Part shown: positions 1-15,830 of the stretch, piece after piece
How the letters are laid out: each line of letters starts with the position of its first letter
Numbering within the stretch: the first letter of the stretch is position 1
From: the human T2T-CHM13v2.0 reference genome, Homo sapiens
Length of the DNA stretch: 64,000 nt
Direction: 5' to 3' (one strand)
Assembly (NCBI RefSeq): GCF_009914755.1
Contig: NC_060928.1
Program-made: the position numbers and the translations under genes
The notes under the pieces: generated by a model
What the model was told of the DNA's origin: nothing
What the model saw: only the letters and a program-made list of their open reading frames with translations
Database searches by the model: none

Positions 1-214
1 CCACAGTGAGCTTTTAAGATACCCAAAGATCCCAAAACCTATGCCTAGGTTTCCGATCTAGCCATGACTATCTCAATATAACATAAAATTCCAAAACTGA
101 ACACTAAATCTCCCCTATAGGCCCTTTCCAACATTTTGAACAATTTCTACCCTTGAATTCATATTTTGCAACTGATGAAGGAAGACATGCATGAAATCAA
201 CAGTAATACTAGTT

Positions 215-469
215 AGTTGTTTGTTTGTTTGTTTCAGATGATCTCACTCTGTCACCCAAGCTATAGGGGAGTGATCTCAGCTCACTGAAGCCGTGACCTC
301 CTGGGCTCAAGCAATTCTCCCACCTCACCCTCCGACTAGCTGGGCCTACATGTGTGTGCCACTACATCCAGCTAATTTTTGTATTTTATCTAGAGACAGG
401 GTTGTGCCATGTTGTCCAGGCTGGTTTGGAATGCCTGAGCTAAAGTGATCTGTTTGCCTCAGCCTCCCA
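215..469 (-). mobile_element. 5'-truncated AluJ-like SINE
   Basis: Diverged antisense Alu body with a (TTGT)n tail, flanked by the 13-bp TSD AGTAATACTAGTT at 202-214 and 470-482. Confidence 0.9.
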
Positions 470-499
470 AGTAATACTAGTTTGAAGGCAACAAGTACG

Positions 500-1560
500 T
501 CAATGCACCAAATACATGCAAATGGTAAAGCGGGAGAATTTACCCATTTGCCCAGTCTCATTCAGGGTGGCACCAAAAAAGGAGGCGACACTTAAACTGA
601 TCATTACAGGATAAGGAAGATCTGAGTAGATGGGGGAAGAGACGAAAATGCTGAAACACATAAACACAAACACACAGCATGTTTAGGTTGCCTAGCATAG
701 GATCTTCGGAAAGATGCTATTTTTTTTAAAGACACTATAAATTAAGATAACACCAGATCTTAAAGTGCCCTTATGCATAATTAATATATTTAATATGGTG
801 AAAACGAGAGACATTTAAGTTTCACAGAGGAGTAATAGCTACCATGACTATGTGAAAAAATTCTAAAGAAGAAAATGCATTAGAGATTGGAGTACCAGAT
901 ATGATAGCAGAAGCTATGGCAATGGCTAAGTAGAAACTGAAAGGTAGAGATGGAAAAATAAACTGTTTTGAAGATATGATTGCTAGAAATTGACAAATGA
1001 AGAAAATGAAATGAGGTCCTACCTATTTGTTTTCTAACCTGGGTTAAAGAAGCCATCAGTTTACACAAGGAACACGGGCTAATTGTAAGGCTGTCTTAAG
1101 AAGGCAGGTCTGGATCTAAACACACTGAATTTTACAGGAAGAAAAAGAAGTTAAAATGTCAACCAAATAGAAAAAGTTCACTATGGTGCTCAGGAGAGCG
1201 GATAGGGCTCGGTTTGTACATTAGGGAATCATGAGCACAAAACTGTTAGCTAAACCTTGGGAGTGGGCAAAATTACCCAAGAAGAAAATGCTGAGTCAAT
1301 AAAAAAGGCCAAGGTCAGAAATTTATTGAATTCATATATTTAGGGAGTGAGCAGATAAAGTGTCAAAAAATAAAACTGACAGAAAAATAAAAAAGAATGT
1401 CAATGGTTCATATCATATACAGCAAATGGAATAAGAGTGTATCAAAGTGGATGGAAAACCATTCTAAAAGGATCGAATGCTGGAAATGGTCATGAATTTG
1501 GCTGACTTTGACAGAGGAATTAAAGCAAAGTATGGAAGAGAAAAGTTAATTGCCAGAGGA
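500..1560 (-). mobile_element. L2 LINE remnant
   Basis: Degenerate L2-like segments (ggaggcgacacttaaactga..., ttgggagtgggcaaaattacccaag). Boundaries approximate. Confidence 0.55.
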
Positions 1561-2245
1561 ATGCTGTGAAGAAGGGGGAAAGACATAGGGTGCCCTAAGA
1601 GAGAAGACAAATGATTGGCTAGGACTGTGGAGGAGATAAGAGCAGAGGGCACTGAGGACAGGTTAGTCCAGGAGAGGAGTATGGACGTATCAGTCTCTGA
1701 ATTAGGAGACATATTGCTGACATATGCAGGAGCACATCCTGTTTGACCAATGGGCATTCAGAACCTAAATGGCTCTTTTGGAAAGTAGTGATGGAAAATC
1801 CAGCCTCAAGTCACATATATAATTGAGACTGATGATACTTCCAATTGAGCACTGCAGAATAGAAAACTCCTCTTCTCCCTTTCTAAAGAGCTTATCAAAG
1901 ACACTCTGGGAACCCCAAAACATTGGGCTTCTTATGGGCTATTTTTTATACCTGATTCATAAAACACTTCTACATAAATACACTGTTCCATTGTTCCAAC
2001 ACATGACAAGTAAAATTTATAAGTGGTATATTGGAATTTTAACATGTCTTGATTTAAAAATATAATTTAGTAGTTTAAAAATCTTAAAACAAATTTTAAT
2101 TTTCCAAACCTCTTTTTTAAGAAAAGGGTAATCTTTACTAACCCCGGGGTCATGACTAAAAGGTTGAGAAAGGTTGAGAATTTCAGTTACAGAACATAAG
2201 CCTGGGAAAAATGCCTAATAATACTTTTTAAATGTTTGTAAATTA

Positions 2246-2566
<321 letters not shown>

Positions 2567-3094
2567 CTATTTCGCATGCTATTAAAGCCTGAAGAAAGAA
2601 TAAACTCTATCTGCAGGATGAGGGAGTTCAGATAGACATAATTACAAGTATATTTTCATGTTTACAATTATAAGACTTCCAAAACAGATACTTAAAAATC
2701 ACTAATAGATGTTCATCTTTCTGGAGTGGTTGGACACCATTACTTCCACAGGCTCACACTGGGGTCTGTAATTTTATTTCTGCTCCTTGGGATGGTTCAC
2801 GGTTTCCCTCTAGTTTGGAATAAGTCATGCCAATATGTGAACATCCACAGTTTCTGCTACTCAGCTCGGTTTTGTTTTCCTTCTTCCAATCTTATGACCT
2901 ATGGAACATGGAAGGCTTCTTTCTGCTTTATAATTTGTGACCAAACTTTATGATTTATTCCAGTGCAATAAAGGCAAGAAAATTGATTTTTCTCATAAGA
3001 GTGCATATTTCCCTTTCAAGAAATGAAAAACTCATTTGTGGTGGGGAAGAACACTTAGCAAAAGCACCAAAAGGAAAGGAAGCTAAACTATTGG

Positions 3095-3260
3095 ACTAGC
3101 TTGGACAAGTGATTTAACTTTTCGGAGCTTAGTTTCCTATCCCTAGCCTTTGATAGGATTAAATAATCCTTTCACAGGATTAAATAAGGAATGAATGAGA
3201 TTGTGTGCATAGACTATCACTGTGCCTGGCACAGAGTAAATAAATTACAGAGTTAATAAA
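3095..3260 (+). mobile_element. MIR fragment
   Basis: MIR core ttggacaagtgatttaac...agtttcct and 3' end gtgcctggcacagagtaa. Confidence 0.7.
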
Positions 3261-4734
3261 TTACCATTCATTTCTATATGAAATTATACTCATGCCATTA
3301 TTGTGTCACTTTGTAAGGACTAATATTAACTAGTCATATAGCTCATGGGGTTTAACTTATTCAACCACACCTTTCCTACCACAGCCACTGCACCCACACA
3401 CCCCAATCACCCATCGCCTCCCCACCAACACATACACACATGCGTGCACACACAAACACACGTACACACACCTTTCAGCTCAGGGATCTTAAGTGAAACT
3501 TCATGAGAAACAAAATAAAGAGACATTTTATTTTCTTATTTGCTATTAGGAAAGAGAAGTTATAGCCCCTATGGGCATTATTGGGTAATCAACACTCCGA
3601 GTGATGAATCCAAATAAAAGCTTTCCTATCCCTATTTACCGCATGCATTTAAGATATCAAGCTGATACTCTATGCAATACCTTCCAAACAGACTACTGCA
3701 AGCTATTTCTTTCTAAAACACATTCTTGAAAACAATCAAATTATAAATTAATCCTTAAAGATTGGAAGATTGTAAGCCATGAAATAGTACAGAAGCTTGC
3801 AATTAAGATCATAAGCAGGAGACTGCCAAAGAGATGCCAGAAACTATGTTACATGATTAGCTATAACCAAAGGGAGAAAAACAAGTATATATGTCCCTGA
3901 AGATAATCCATGAACACAGAACAAGTTACAGGGGAAAAACACAAACTGTGAGGCCTCTAGCAACAGTCTATTAAATGCTAAAGAGGCAAATCAATCCAAT
4001 AATGTAAACGGGATATTACTAACTAGTAAGCTAAGAGCTTTTACATTCACTACAAGTGCATTTTGCAATAAATGAGAAGTCATGTACAGCCCCTGGTGTA
4101 TTTCCCTCCCACTCCTTCATATCTGCACTCATTTTGAAACTATTTAGAGTCAGAATATAGCACTACAGCAGTGGTCAGATCTGGCACAGAATTCTTTAAT
4201 GATCATTTCTAAGAATGTACAGTATATAAATTCTTAGAGGTACCTAGCCCGAATTTCAAGTGTTGAGTTGCTCTGGCAGAAATACCTTATTTTGAAATAG
4301 ATTGTGGCAGGACATGTAACAAGAAATAAGTTATTTCCCCAAATAACACTGAAAACACCTTTGATCCTTAACCTCTCAATGCTTTCTGGTAACTTAAATA
4401 TCTACATGAAAATTTTGCATTACTGATGTATCCATTGTGTTCACATGCTACAGTTTTATAAATGCCCATAAATACCAGGGCTGTGTTTTTCACTACAGAG
4501 TCCACAGGAGGTTTTACGTTTGTTTGTTTGGTCTTATTTTGCTTGTGGGAAGAAGGAAGCGAAGTATAGTAAATAAACCATTCAAGTTTTATTTATTTTT
4601 TAGAACAATTGCTTTTAGATTTTCAGATATTTGATGAATCTGAATGTTTTCATCAAATAAATTCATGAGCAAGGCATAGTCTAAGTTTCTGACATCATTT
4701 GTAAAAACCACAAACACATTGCTTTGGCCATACT

Positions 4735-5110
4735 GGACCCACTCAGTCATCTAGTCACACCTTTATTTACTCATTGCAAATAAATGCATTGTACCATGTG
4801 TCAGACACCATACTAGTACTGTGAAATGGGAAAGTGACCCCCAAAATGGCAAAATCCCCACCCTATAATGCATTGCATCCTAGTTGTAAAGACAAATACT
4901 AACCAAATAAATGCAACATACGTATAGATATGAAATTACAAATTACTAAGTACTATAAAATAAAAGTGCAGAATATTTTGAGAAAGATTAACTGTTGAGT
5001 AGTGAGTTCAAGATAAAGGGCATTTAAGCTTAAATCTAACTTCTAAAGAAGTAGGAGTGGGGTAAAAGATTAGATGCAGGAGAGAATTGAAAGATGAACT
5101 GGAGTGAATT
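4735..5110 (-). mobile_element. L2 3' end remnant
   Basis: gcattgtaccatgtgtcagacaccatactag...atccccaccct matches the antisense L2 3' end. Confidence 0.55.
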
Positions 5111-5399
5111 ATGTAATCAGCAAAGTGCTATTTTAGAAATCAGAACACCAGAGTCCTAATTAACAGCATGACCAAATAAGGAGATTGAGAGTGAGGCACT
5201 GTCTCATTCTAAAACTCTTAAGTTTTTGTAAGTATTCTTTTCTTCAAAGATTGGTAAATTGGTGTTTTTTAAGAAAAAATAAAATATTTATTTGAAGTGT
5301 TTATTTTGTAAAGACTGCATTTAATATTTTTACTTACCAATGACTAATAGTGAAAACTTCTGCATATTTTACACATGCAGCTAGAATTTTATAGTAACA

Positions 5400-5590
5400 C
5401 ACAGTATTTTCAAAAAGCTAGAAGAGAAGATTTTGAATGATCACAACATAAAGAAATGACAAATGTTCCAGACGAAGAATATGCTAATTAGCTTGATTTG
5501 GTCATTACACATTGTACCCATGTATTGACATATCACTCTGTGTCCCCAAAATATGTAAAATTATTATATGTCAACTAAAAATTAAAGGGA
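5400..5590 (+). mobile_element. L1MA3/4-like 3' end fragment
   Basis: gctagaagagaagattttgaat...atgctaattagcttgatttggtcattacacattgta...gtcaactaaaa. Confidence 0.85.
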
Positions 5591-8387
5591 AAAGTCACAC
5601 AAAAGAATAGTACCGCAGCATGTTAAATAATAAAGTCTCTTCAAATAATTGATACCACCTTGAACTTTTAAGATGTTGTCACTGATTGTTACGAATAATT
5701 CTCACTAATGCACATATGTCTTATTTACAAATAGCTATATTAAAGTGAAATTATATTGTCTTTATACATGAAATAAATCTGTGAATAAAATGGAAAAAAA
5801 ATAGCTAGGAATGTTAATTCCCCAGAATTTGTCATCGTCAGGAAACCTCTCATTCTCAAGGATGATAGTTCACAGATTTGTTCACCTTTCCTTAACATGT
5901 CAGGAAAATTATAATCATTAAAAAGTAAGTCAACTTATCAATATCAATAGCATTTTTCTTGGCTGAAATTCTTTACCTTTTATTAGAATTATATAATTCT
6001 ATGAAATCTTCAGAAAATATCCACTAAAATCAACCAACCTCATTTCTATCAAGGTCACACTCCAAGTTAGAAACAAGTCAAGGCTTGTTTTGTTGTTGCT
6101 AAACTCTTCCCTATATTTGCCATATCATAATCATCAACCTCTTGCTCAAAATTCAACTTCGAATCATTTTTTCCTCACTGCAGTAAAACGATTTGTTTCA
6201 AAAAATTATTAGTAGTCACGTGAGTTCAGCCTACCTCTTAGGCCCTCCCCTGAAATTCCTTGATCTTAGATCATAATCTATATCTGCTGTAACAAAATGC
6301 GAGATATTCCTTCTAAAACTAAGATAAACAAACAAGATGGAGAAAAGATAAATGAGGGTCCTAATGTGATTCAGCGCACATACAGAAAGGTTGCAAATTT
6401 TTAAAAAACTGGCTCTTTTGTGTTTATTTATCACTGATCTGGAAAAGAGAGCCCATAATTAATAAATCAAAAAGACGATATAAATTTAGCCTCTTATACA
6501 AAAGATATTAATTAAAAGGTAGATATTCAACATGCCATAAACTAATCATCATCAATGACATCTCTTCCTTACATATTTCATTTTAAATGCTTAAGTATGT
6601 ATTTGGAAATATTACATGCATATTTTCTATATTTCCTACACTGTGGCCCTCTAGCCTGTAATGATTTTCTTCTCATTTTTTAGCTATATAAAGTTAAAAT
6701 TTACTTTAAACCTTTAACACTAGGCCTGGAAAAATATAACTCTTGCTTGAACAAAAGATCTAAGATTGGGGGAACACAGGAGATGCAGAAACTACACTTC
6801 CTTGCCACCCACACCTCATTTCTTGCCCAACTAGATACAGATTTTCTGTACAAAGGACAGGACCCTCAGATACATATATAAATCTAAAGAATAGGGGAAA
6901 ACAGACTTGTGCTAAGGAATTTGGAAAACCTCAGTATTTACCTACAAAGCTTTACAGAGCTTCTTACAGCCTAGCATAGTAAGGGAGTAGCCAAATCATT
7001 TCTGATGCATTAAAGAGGATGGAGCTGCTGGAACTCTGAGCACAAGAATGAGGGACCAAACAGCAGCAACCTGTTTACTCTTCTGAGGCTGAAATAAAAC
7101 AATGGATGTGTCAATAGCTGATAGGTGGAGATGTGGCCAGTGGCCAGTAAAACCCAAAGCTCGTCTCTTCCCAACCCTGTGTAATCCTTGTGCTATCTCA
7201 GCTTACCTCTCACACCCCAGCCCCCTGGGCAAAAGGAAGAGAAATCCTGAATTCAATGCCATTTCATTTTTGCCATGCCAAAGAACAGAGATCCCAATTA
7301 CAAATAATTCAACAACAACAAAAATGCTCCTCTTGTGGATTGTCACCCTCTACATAAGAGACTGGGCCAAATGCTAAAGATACAGATAAATTTAAGGAAT
7401 AATTTCTGCCTTAAATTCGTGTTACAGTTAGTTAGGAGACAGAGTACAGGCACAACAAAATTAAACAAATATATAATGCAAGTTGTACAATGTAACAAGA
7501 CCAGGTAAGCCATAAGATGGCTGTAGTCCCCTATTTTGCCTCCTTTCCAGAAGAATAATGAGCTTAATGTTTAAGTGTTCAAAACTGTGGTGCTGTAAAT
7601 GCTTTCAAATCATGTGTCTTCATTCACATGATTTACCCCTTGAGCCTACTAAACACGCCAAATCTTAAAGTTGTCTTATAGTTACGCTGAATCTTTCATA
7701 TCTGCCAGATGGCTTAACTATACACTAATGAATATAGACCAGTGTATGGGAGAGGCTGGAATGAAAAACTAGAAAATTTGCCTTTTTACCCAGAGCCATG
7801 AGATCAAGCATTCTTTCAAAAACCACTAAAGTTGATGTAATATGTTTCATTCTAATTAGGAAAAAAATCACAATATTTATGATTTGTACATAATTCAGAG
7901 GGTCTTGATATTTCATTAAAACCTAGCATTGAATGTGAGACATACCAGCAAACATTACCTTAGAAATTATACTTATATTGAACTAAAAACAAACATTTGT
8001 AGGAAATAACCTATTTGCTATTTTCTTCTCTGGATTTTAGGACAAAGAAATCATTAACTGATAATAATCATATTGTTGTTGGGATCTATTGATTTTAAAT
8101 CACACTCCCTGGAGTTATGATCTGTAAGCAAGATCATTTTCCTTTTTTTTTCCATCAGTAAGATAATTTTCTTAGAAAATCAGCTCACCTTGCACTCCTT
8201 GCAGTTCTCTGCTTACTTAAGCTCCAGAACACCACAACTAATTGTGGGAGATTATTACAAATGCTTTTTGTAAAAAATATCAAAATTAAAAATAATTTAT
8301 AGAATTAAAAACTTTTAAAAATTAGAACTTGAAAACCTCTTAAAATAATCACACAGGATAAGAAACAATGTTAGAGAAAAATGAGGG

Positions 8388-8660
8388 TATATGCATACTC
8401 TCACTTATAAGTGGGAGCTAAATGATGAGAATTCATGGACACAAGAGGGGAACGACAGATACTCAAACCCACTTGAGGGTGGAGGGTGGGAGGAGGGAGA
8501 AAAGCAGAAAAAAATAACTATTGAGTACAAGGCTTAGTGCCTGGTTGATGAAATAATCTGTACAACAAAACCCTGTGACACAAGTTTACCTAAATAACAA
8601 GCCTGCCCATGTACTCCTGAACCTAAAATAAAAGTTAAAAAAAAAAAAAAAGAAAGAGAA
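8388..8660 (+). mobile_element. L1PA15/16-like 3' end
   Basis: ctcacttataagtgggagctaaatgatgag...aataatctgtacaac...gaacctaaaataaaagtt followed by poly(A). Confidence 0.9.
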
Positions 8661-8924
8661 AGGAGGATATAGCTCAGGGTTACATAAAATTTTGCATCGG
8701 TAAAAATAGATGATAGGTAGGTAGGTAGAGTAGATAGATGATTGATAGGTATGGAGAAAAATTGAGCTGCAAGAATAACTAAATATGCAAACAGTATAAA
8801 AATATAGAATTACTTGCTCTGGACATTTAAAAATAAAGTCTATTTTACCATTTGTGTACGTGGCCAAAAAGAAAAAAAAAGGCATTATAACTCCAGGCAA
8901 CTCCCAAGTGCTGGTTAATTTCTA

Positions 8925-8927
<3 letters not shown>

Positions 8928-8961
<34 letters not shown>

Positions 8962-8975
8962 TGTGTGTCTGTGTG
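8928..8975. repeat. (TG)n microsatellite
   Basis: About 15 TG units, then cgcg and an imperfect TG extension. Confidence 0.95.
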
Positions 8976-9679
8976 TTATTGTGGCTTTCTGCTTTTGTCT
9001 GCATGTCTGCTTTGCGCTCCCTGCCACATTTCAGGAAGAGGCAATGATAATGATGCCCCACTGACAGAACCCTTCCTGTGAATCCCTCCAGAGTTGCTGG
9101 CAAGACCACAGATGGAATATTGCTGGTCAAATGCTCATCTCTAGATCTAGTACAACTAGCACAGCATCCTCAGTCAGGGGGCTGAGTGCAAGGCAGTATT
9201 ATTTAGATTAGAAGAAGTGGCTGTGGTGGCATCATGATTTTTATTAATCACTGAAAGATGACTTCTACCTTCAATTATAAATGTCCTAAGTACAGGGGCA
9301 ATTCACGCCTTTCTGTTTTCTTCTATTTCTATGTTCTGTTTATCACAGTTCAAGAACATAGTAACCAACAAATAATTAGTTGTGGAATTGAATCAAGGTC
9401 AATAGAATAAGACATTTTAATCTAAGATTAATATCCAAAAACATTAAGGGCAAAAGGACTAAACTAGACAATTGGAATTGCTAGGCAATTACCAAGTAGT
9501 AGTAATGCTATATTTTTTAATAACTTAATATTATGTCAGAAATAGCAGTTATATTACATGTTCTTTTTCTGATGCCTCAGAGTTCCTCTATCAAGAATGA
9601 TGTGTGAAACCAAGCCCACGTAATGCAGGAATTGTCTTTCACAACAAATCATGTTCCTTTTTTTTAATTAAAAAAAAAT

Positions 9680-10095
<416 letters not shown>

Positions 10096-11949
10096 TTATT
10101 CAAAGAAACAAACACATAAAATAATGTTCCTTTTATTTTCCAAATCATTAGGAAAAATGGTATTTGAGTTTTATTGAACTACTAGGAGAAAAAAATCATT
10201 TTTATACAGGACGTGTAGATTCAAGAAACTATTAAAACCATTCTGTCTATGAAAATGTGTTTTTATGTTCAACAAAAAGTTGAAATTTATTTCTAGTAGT
10301 GAATAATAATATTTATTATTTCACAGTGTTTCATCCTTTGCTATGCATAACGATTTGCTCTGGGAGAAATTACATAGCTGCTTAAAGCCACTACTCATAG
10401 CTCCTTAATTTAAGTTATTAAAAAACAACAGAAATATAGCTTCATAAGGAAACTGAGAGATCAAATAAGGTAACTGGAAAATATAAAAACATAATTTATC
10501 ATACACAGTTTAGAATTTTTTCTAATAATGATAGAAGATAAATATTGATTTTTCTTCTCCATTTAGTGATTAGTGGGTCAATATTAAAAACTGAAACAAA
10601 CTCAATTTAGAGAACCTACTTCTAAGATTGTGTGCTCCAACTTGCCACTAAAAACACTTTCCTTCTTATGATGCTCTTAGAATTCATCGTAAAGAATTCC
10701 AAGGAAAATAAAAAGTGGAACCATTCTAATAGCACTCTAAATGCTGAATTTGCCTCCAGAAATAAAGTAGTTGCTTTTTAAGGTTTATTTAGTATGCTAA
10801 CAGGTGAGTGCTCTTGAAATAGTATTCTTTTTAGTTAACCGTCCTCTATACTGAATTGCGGATAGATATGTACTGATCTATTGTTAGGATGATTACTACT
10901 CATAATACCCGAGGTTTTCTTAAATAACTCTCAGTTGTTCTCCAGGGTAATACTGGGAAAAAAAAGGAAAATAACTATGAAGCTCAGTTACAGAAACATC
11001 TTCTTTAGTTTTATGAGTTACCATGAAAATAACTAAAGTTAAACATACTGGGTTTAGTTCCAAAATGAGAGATACAATTAGCTGATGCCTCTGCTATGCA
11101 AATTTTAAGGAAACATACATTTTCTTAAAGATTACTATTCACTGAACAATTCTATAAGAAACCTTTCCAATGACCATCTGTCCAAACTGTGTGTTGAAGT
11201 TCTGAAAAGCAATACGACATTTAAAAAGAAATCTGTGTAGTTAGTTTCTGGTTGCTATGAAACTAAGAAAAAAAATATGGTTCTAAATATCATCTTGAGT
11301 CCTATTAATCTTGGTGATTATCTTTTTTGTTTGAACATTTTTTCCATAATCAAATTAGATAGTATTTGTGAAGAATTTGAAAGCCCATTAAATTATTCTA
11401 CTCAAAAGTATTATTGGTGTCAGGTGTGTTTCACATAAGACTTAATTATTTGCATGGAGACCAAAAATTAGGTTGTAACATTGCATATGCACCAAATAAT
11501 AAAGATACTAATCTTATTACTTATGCCATAAAGTTCTTCCTGGGATGGAGGAAAGATTTATGGCTTTCTATTTAATGTTTTGAACGATTCTCTCTCTTCT
11601 CTTAAATTTGGGCTAATTTTCTTTTTCATTTTGCTTCCCTTTGATCCCCAAGTTTCAAAGAAGACCCATAATCACCACATATTACTGATAATTCTCTATG
11701 CATGTCAAAAAGTCCATTTTTATATGTGGCACTACCTTTGCCAGAACAGAAGATGGCATTAATTTTCTTGTTACCGCAGACTCAGATGAATCAGCTCTCG
11801 TATCTTCCAAGAATTCTCATGTATTCTCAATCCTCCAGAAACAGCAAATTCAAATTACAGAGAACAGATATCCCAGAAGCTTCATGACAATGAATAGGTC
11901 ACATTTGGGATGTTTTGCTAGAATTGCACGTAAAGCAACTGTATTTTAG

Positions 11950-12295
<346 letters not shown>

Positions 12296-12728
12296 GAATT
12301 ATTTTCTTTACACTAATCTTAACTATCTAAAATTGGAGAAAGAATCTACGATTTACATAAAACCCACAGAAGTTCTTAGTCTCATATCGCTCACAGTGTT
12401 TCTTCATGTGGAAGGAAATATATATATATACATATCAACAGATTTTAATAACCTTTTTCAAATTGAATTCAAGATGCATGTTAAAGAGGAAGATGTTTTA
12501 CACAAGAAAAGTAGTAATTGACATATGGCGTCAGCCTGCATGAGCCCTGTGCCGGCACTACCAATCCACAAACTTCTAAGTTTGCATTAGAACAGTAAAG
12601 CAACTGTAGAACAAGCCAGGACTTCTCTGAAAGTCAGTACTCACTCTCAATGCTAAGGATGTTGGCATTAAGGATGCCTTGTCTTTCTCTGAAAAAAATC
12701 AATAAAAATATTTCTTTAAAAACGTGTA

Positions 12729-13043
12729 GGCTGGGAGCGGTGGTGGCTCACGCCTGTAATCCCAGCACTTTGGGAAGCCAAGGTGGGCACATTACGAGGT
12801 CAGGAGATCGAGACCATCCTGGCTAATTCAGTGAAACCCCGTCTCTACTAAAAATACAAAAAAAAAAAAAAAAAATCAGCCAGGGGTGGTGGCGGGTGCC
12901 TGTAGTCCCAACTACTCAGGAAGCTGAGGCAGGAGAATGGCGTGAACCTGGGAGGCAGAGCATCAAGTGAGCCCAGATCGTGCCACTGCACTCCAGCCTG
13001 GGTGGCAGAGCAAGACTCTGTCTCAAAAAAAAAAAAAAAAAAA
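12729..13043 (+). mobile_element. AluY
   Basis: gagatcgagaccatcctggctaa and gagaatggcgtgaacc. Expanded middle A-tract, poly(A) tail, TSD-like aa(c)gtgta. Confidence 0.95.
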
Positions 13044-13379
13044 GTGTAGATTTGCAGTGATCCTCTTCGGATCATCTGACTCCTTAAAAAACAGAACTTT
13101 CCATGATGACCTCCCAATATCTAAGCTTATTGATAGAGCTGGGCCAAAGCCTAGATCCTCTGCAGGGTAAAGATACACTGCTTAGATATATTTTAGAAAT
13201 ACAGGAACAAAGCCTGAGACATGCCAGGCAGAGTAGTGAAGTGGGTATGGTCTCTGCCAGGGCTCCAGCTTCCTCTTTCTCTTCTTTCTTCCTCCCTAAA
13301 TAACAATATTAGCAGTTTTAAATAGTTACTAAAGCTTAAAGCATTTTAAAAGAAAAAAAAATATCCAAATAACAGAATG

Positions 13380-13800
13380 CATCATCTTCCCAAAATACCC
13401 CTCTCCCTAGATTTCCTAACTCAGTGGATGAAAATTAAATCTACCCAGTCACCCAAACTAGCAACCTGAGGGTCAGTCTGAGCCTCCTTCCTTTCCCACA
13501 TTCAATCCATTACCAAGCCCTGATGGGATTTTTCTCATAAATAGTTCTCAAATCCATGACTTCTATATCCCAGCTAATCTGCTCTAGTTCCTATCTTCAT
13601 TATCTGCCTAAAAGAAAACAGTCTCCCAGCTTCAGCTGCATCTCTTTTACTCCATTTCTATTCAGATGCCAGAAGGAGTGCTCCAAAACATAAATCACAT
13701 TCTGATACTCTCCTGCTTAAAATCCTTTGTTTCGAAGGTAGAGCTAAATTCCTTCAGCTTTTGCAGAAGCCCTTTCATTTATGCCCATTCAGCATGTTCT
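13380..13800 (+). mobile_element. L2 remnant
   Basis: ctacccagtcacccaaactagcaacctgagggtc...caatccattaccaagccctg...tcctgcttaaaatcctt. Confidence 0.7.
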
Positions 13801-15584
13801 GCTGATTGTCTTCTCTGCTTTGTGTCAGAATGGATCGTTTCTTTCATCATGACTTCTGTAAAGACTAGAGAAAGTACACTTTGTCTATATTTAATTACTC
13901 AAGTTCAGACTTTAAGATGGAGTGTTCGTCACAGCTTGTTACTTATCTTTTATCTTAATTGCTAGCAAGAGAGAGCCATATAATGCTGCAAACAATTAAA
14001 TGAATCTTGTGCATCACACTTCTCTAGGGAAAGACACCTGGGAATAGCTGCTCTCTCTTACCACCCAAGGTCCAATGTGAAGGGTTTCACTGTTAACTTT
14101 ATCTTAAAAATTTTCTCAACTGTACATAAGTCATTGACTCTTAATAATTCCTCCTGTTACACTTACAAATATCACCTTTACCACAGGCAATGTGAGTTTT
14201 ACTGGTCAGTACTCACGCAGGCATACACTTGAAAGTGAGCCAAATTTTAACCCTGGAAAAATCCAAACTCAACCAAAACCAAAATAAAATACTCAGATAT
14301 GTTAGAAAATTTACCATATCCTGGAGAATACAAAATAAACCATTTCTCAGTCATATAAAATTTTAAATAAATATTTGTTAGGAATTTATTAATGTGGCTC
14401 TTGCCTTTCATCACCACTACTTCCTATTATTTCTTAGTTGTATATTTAACATGTATCAAATCTCTACTGTACGTCAGATACTATGTTCACTAAGTTTATA
14501 ATGTGATGACTTTTATGTTACTATATTAAGTAAAATAAAACCTCCCAGGTCCTATTCTTCTTGTTCAACCAAGAAAATATCAGAAAATGTATATCATTTG
14601 ATTACGTTCGCTAAAAACTCTTATCTGTAATAGTGACAATCCAACAACATTCCGAAATGATTTTTAAAGCCACTTGCCAGGTAAATGTCAAACAGAGTAC
14701 ATTAGCAAAACAGAGAAGAGTTATGCCACAGTTTACTGGAGTATGGCAGAATACTAAGGGAGATGACCAAGCTACATTTTATGCATGAAGCACCAAACTT
14801 GTTTATGCTCCATAAAACACTTCGGATCTCATTAAAACCAAGTGAACAATGCAAATAAGAGTAGCTAAGGCCAACTTTAGCTTTCTTCTGTATTGGGTTA
14901 ATTTAACAAAAAAAAAAAAAAAAAAAAGAATTCCACAGACCCTTAACTTTCAATTACAATGCCATCTTGTAGAAAATGCAGAAGCAATGAAAAGACTCAT
15001 AAGCATCTTGATGCAATAGTTAGCAAACCACTATGGAAACACGGCAGATCGATGAGAACTTAATACACCAATGGGCAATGTTTGTATCAAAGTTTTCTAA
15101 TTCTACAAGGTAAAAAGCACTTCAATATGCAGACTATATTCCATATTGTAAGGATCCAGCCAACTACAGTATCATAGGAAAGGGAGGTAGATGTACCCCG
15201 TATCACTGTCAGATGGAAGCAAGAAAGAAAACATATGGAGACAAAGTTGTCTACTGTCTAAATTAATAGTCCATTTTATGAATGATTTAGAACTTACTTT
15301 AGCTGCCCCAGGCCAGCTGATGACCTCTATCAGAAAGCTGAAGGCTTCAGTCACCTCAAGAAATTCTGTTTTTCACAAAGCATCTGGCTAGAGCATTGAG
15401 AGGTATTGGGAGACTGTTAGTTATATGAGATCCCTATGGATCATAACTAGGTCATATATAATAATAATCTATTTACACTACGTTAATCATAGACGCTTTT
15501 AAATATAAGATATCAAAAGAACTGGCTAAACATCAACCTGATTTTAGAGATAATTGGTATTATAATGGTTATATAACTTGAGAT

Positions 15585-15830
15585 ACAGAGTAGAGGTTAT
15601 GAGTGCAGGATCTGTAGGTAGATAGGCTGAGTTTTAAGTCTAGCTTAACTGTAATACCTTGTGCAAATTACTTAATCTCTATCTAAAATTCCTAATTTGT
15701 AAACTGGAAGTGATAATGAATACTCCTCTCGATGGGTTATTGCGCTGACAAAATGAGCTAATATATATAAAGTGATAAGACAAGTGTCTGCCATATAGTG
15801 AGGAGTGAAAAATGTTAGTGTCTATTATTA
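15585..15830 (+). mobile_element. MIR, near full length
   Basis: ccttgtgcaaattacttaatctct...tgtaaactgg...aaatgagctaatatatataaagtg...aaatgttag. Confidence 0.8.

Noticed and set aside
6215-6224. GTCACGTGAG, a CLEAR/USF-like E-box
   Set aside because: A single short motif with no promoter context.
11698-11949. Overlapping short ORFs with a good plus-strand acceptor (ttttcttgttaccgcag at 11779)
   Set aside because: No convincing donor (TAG|gtcaca) and no recognisable peptide.
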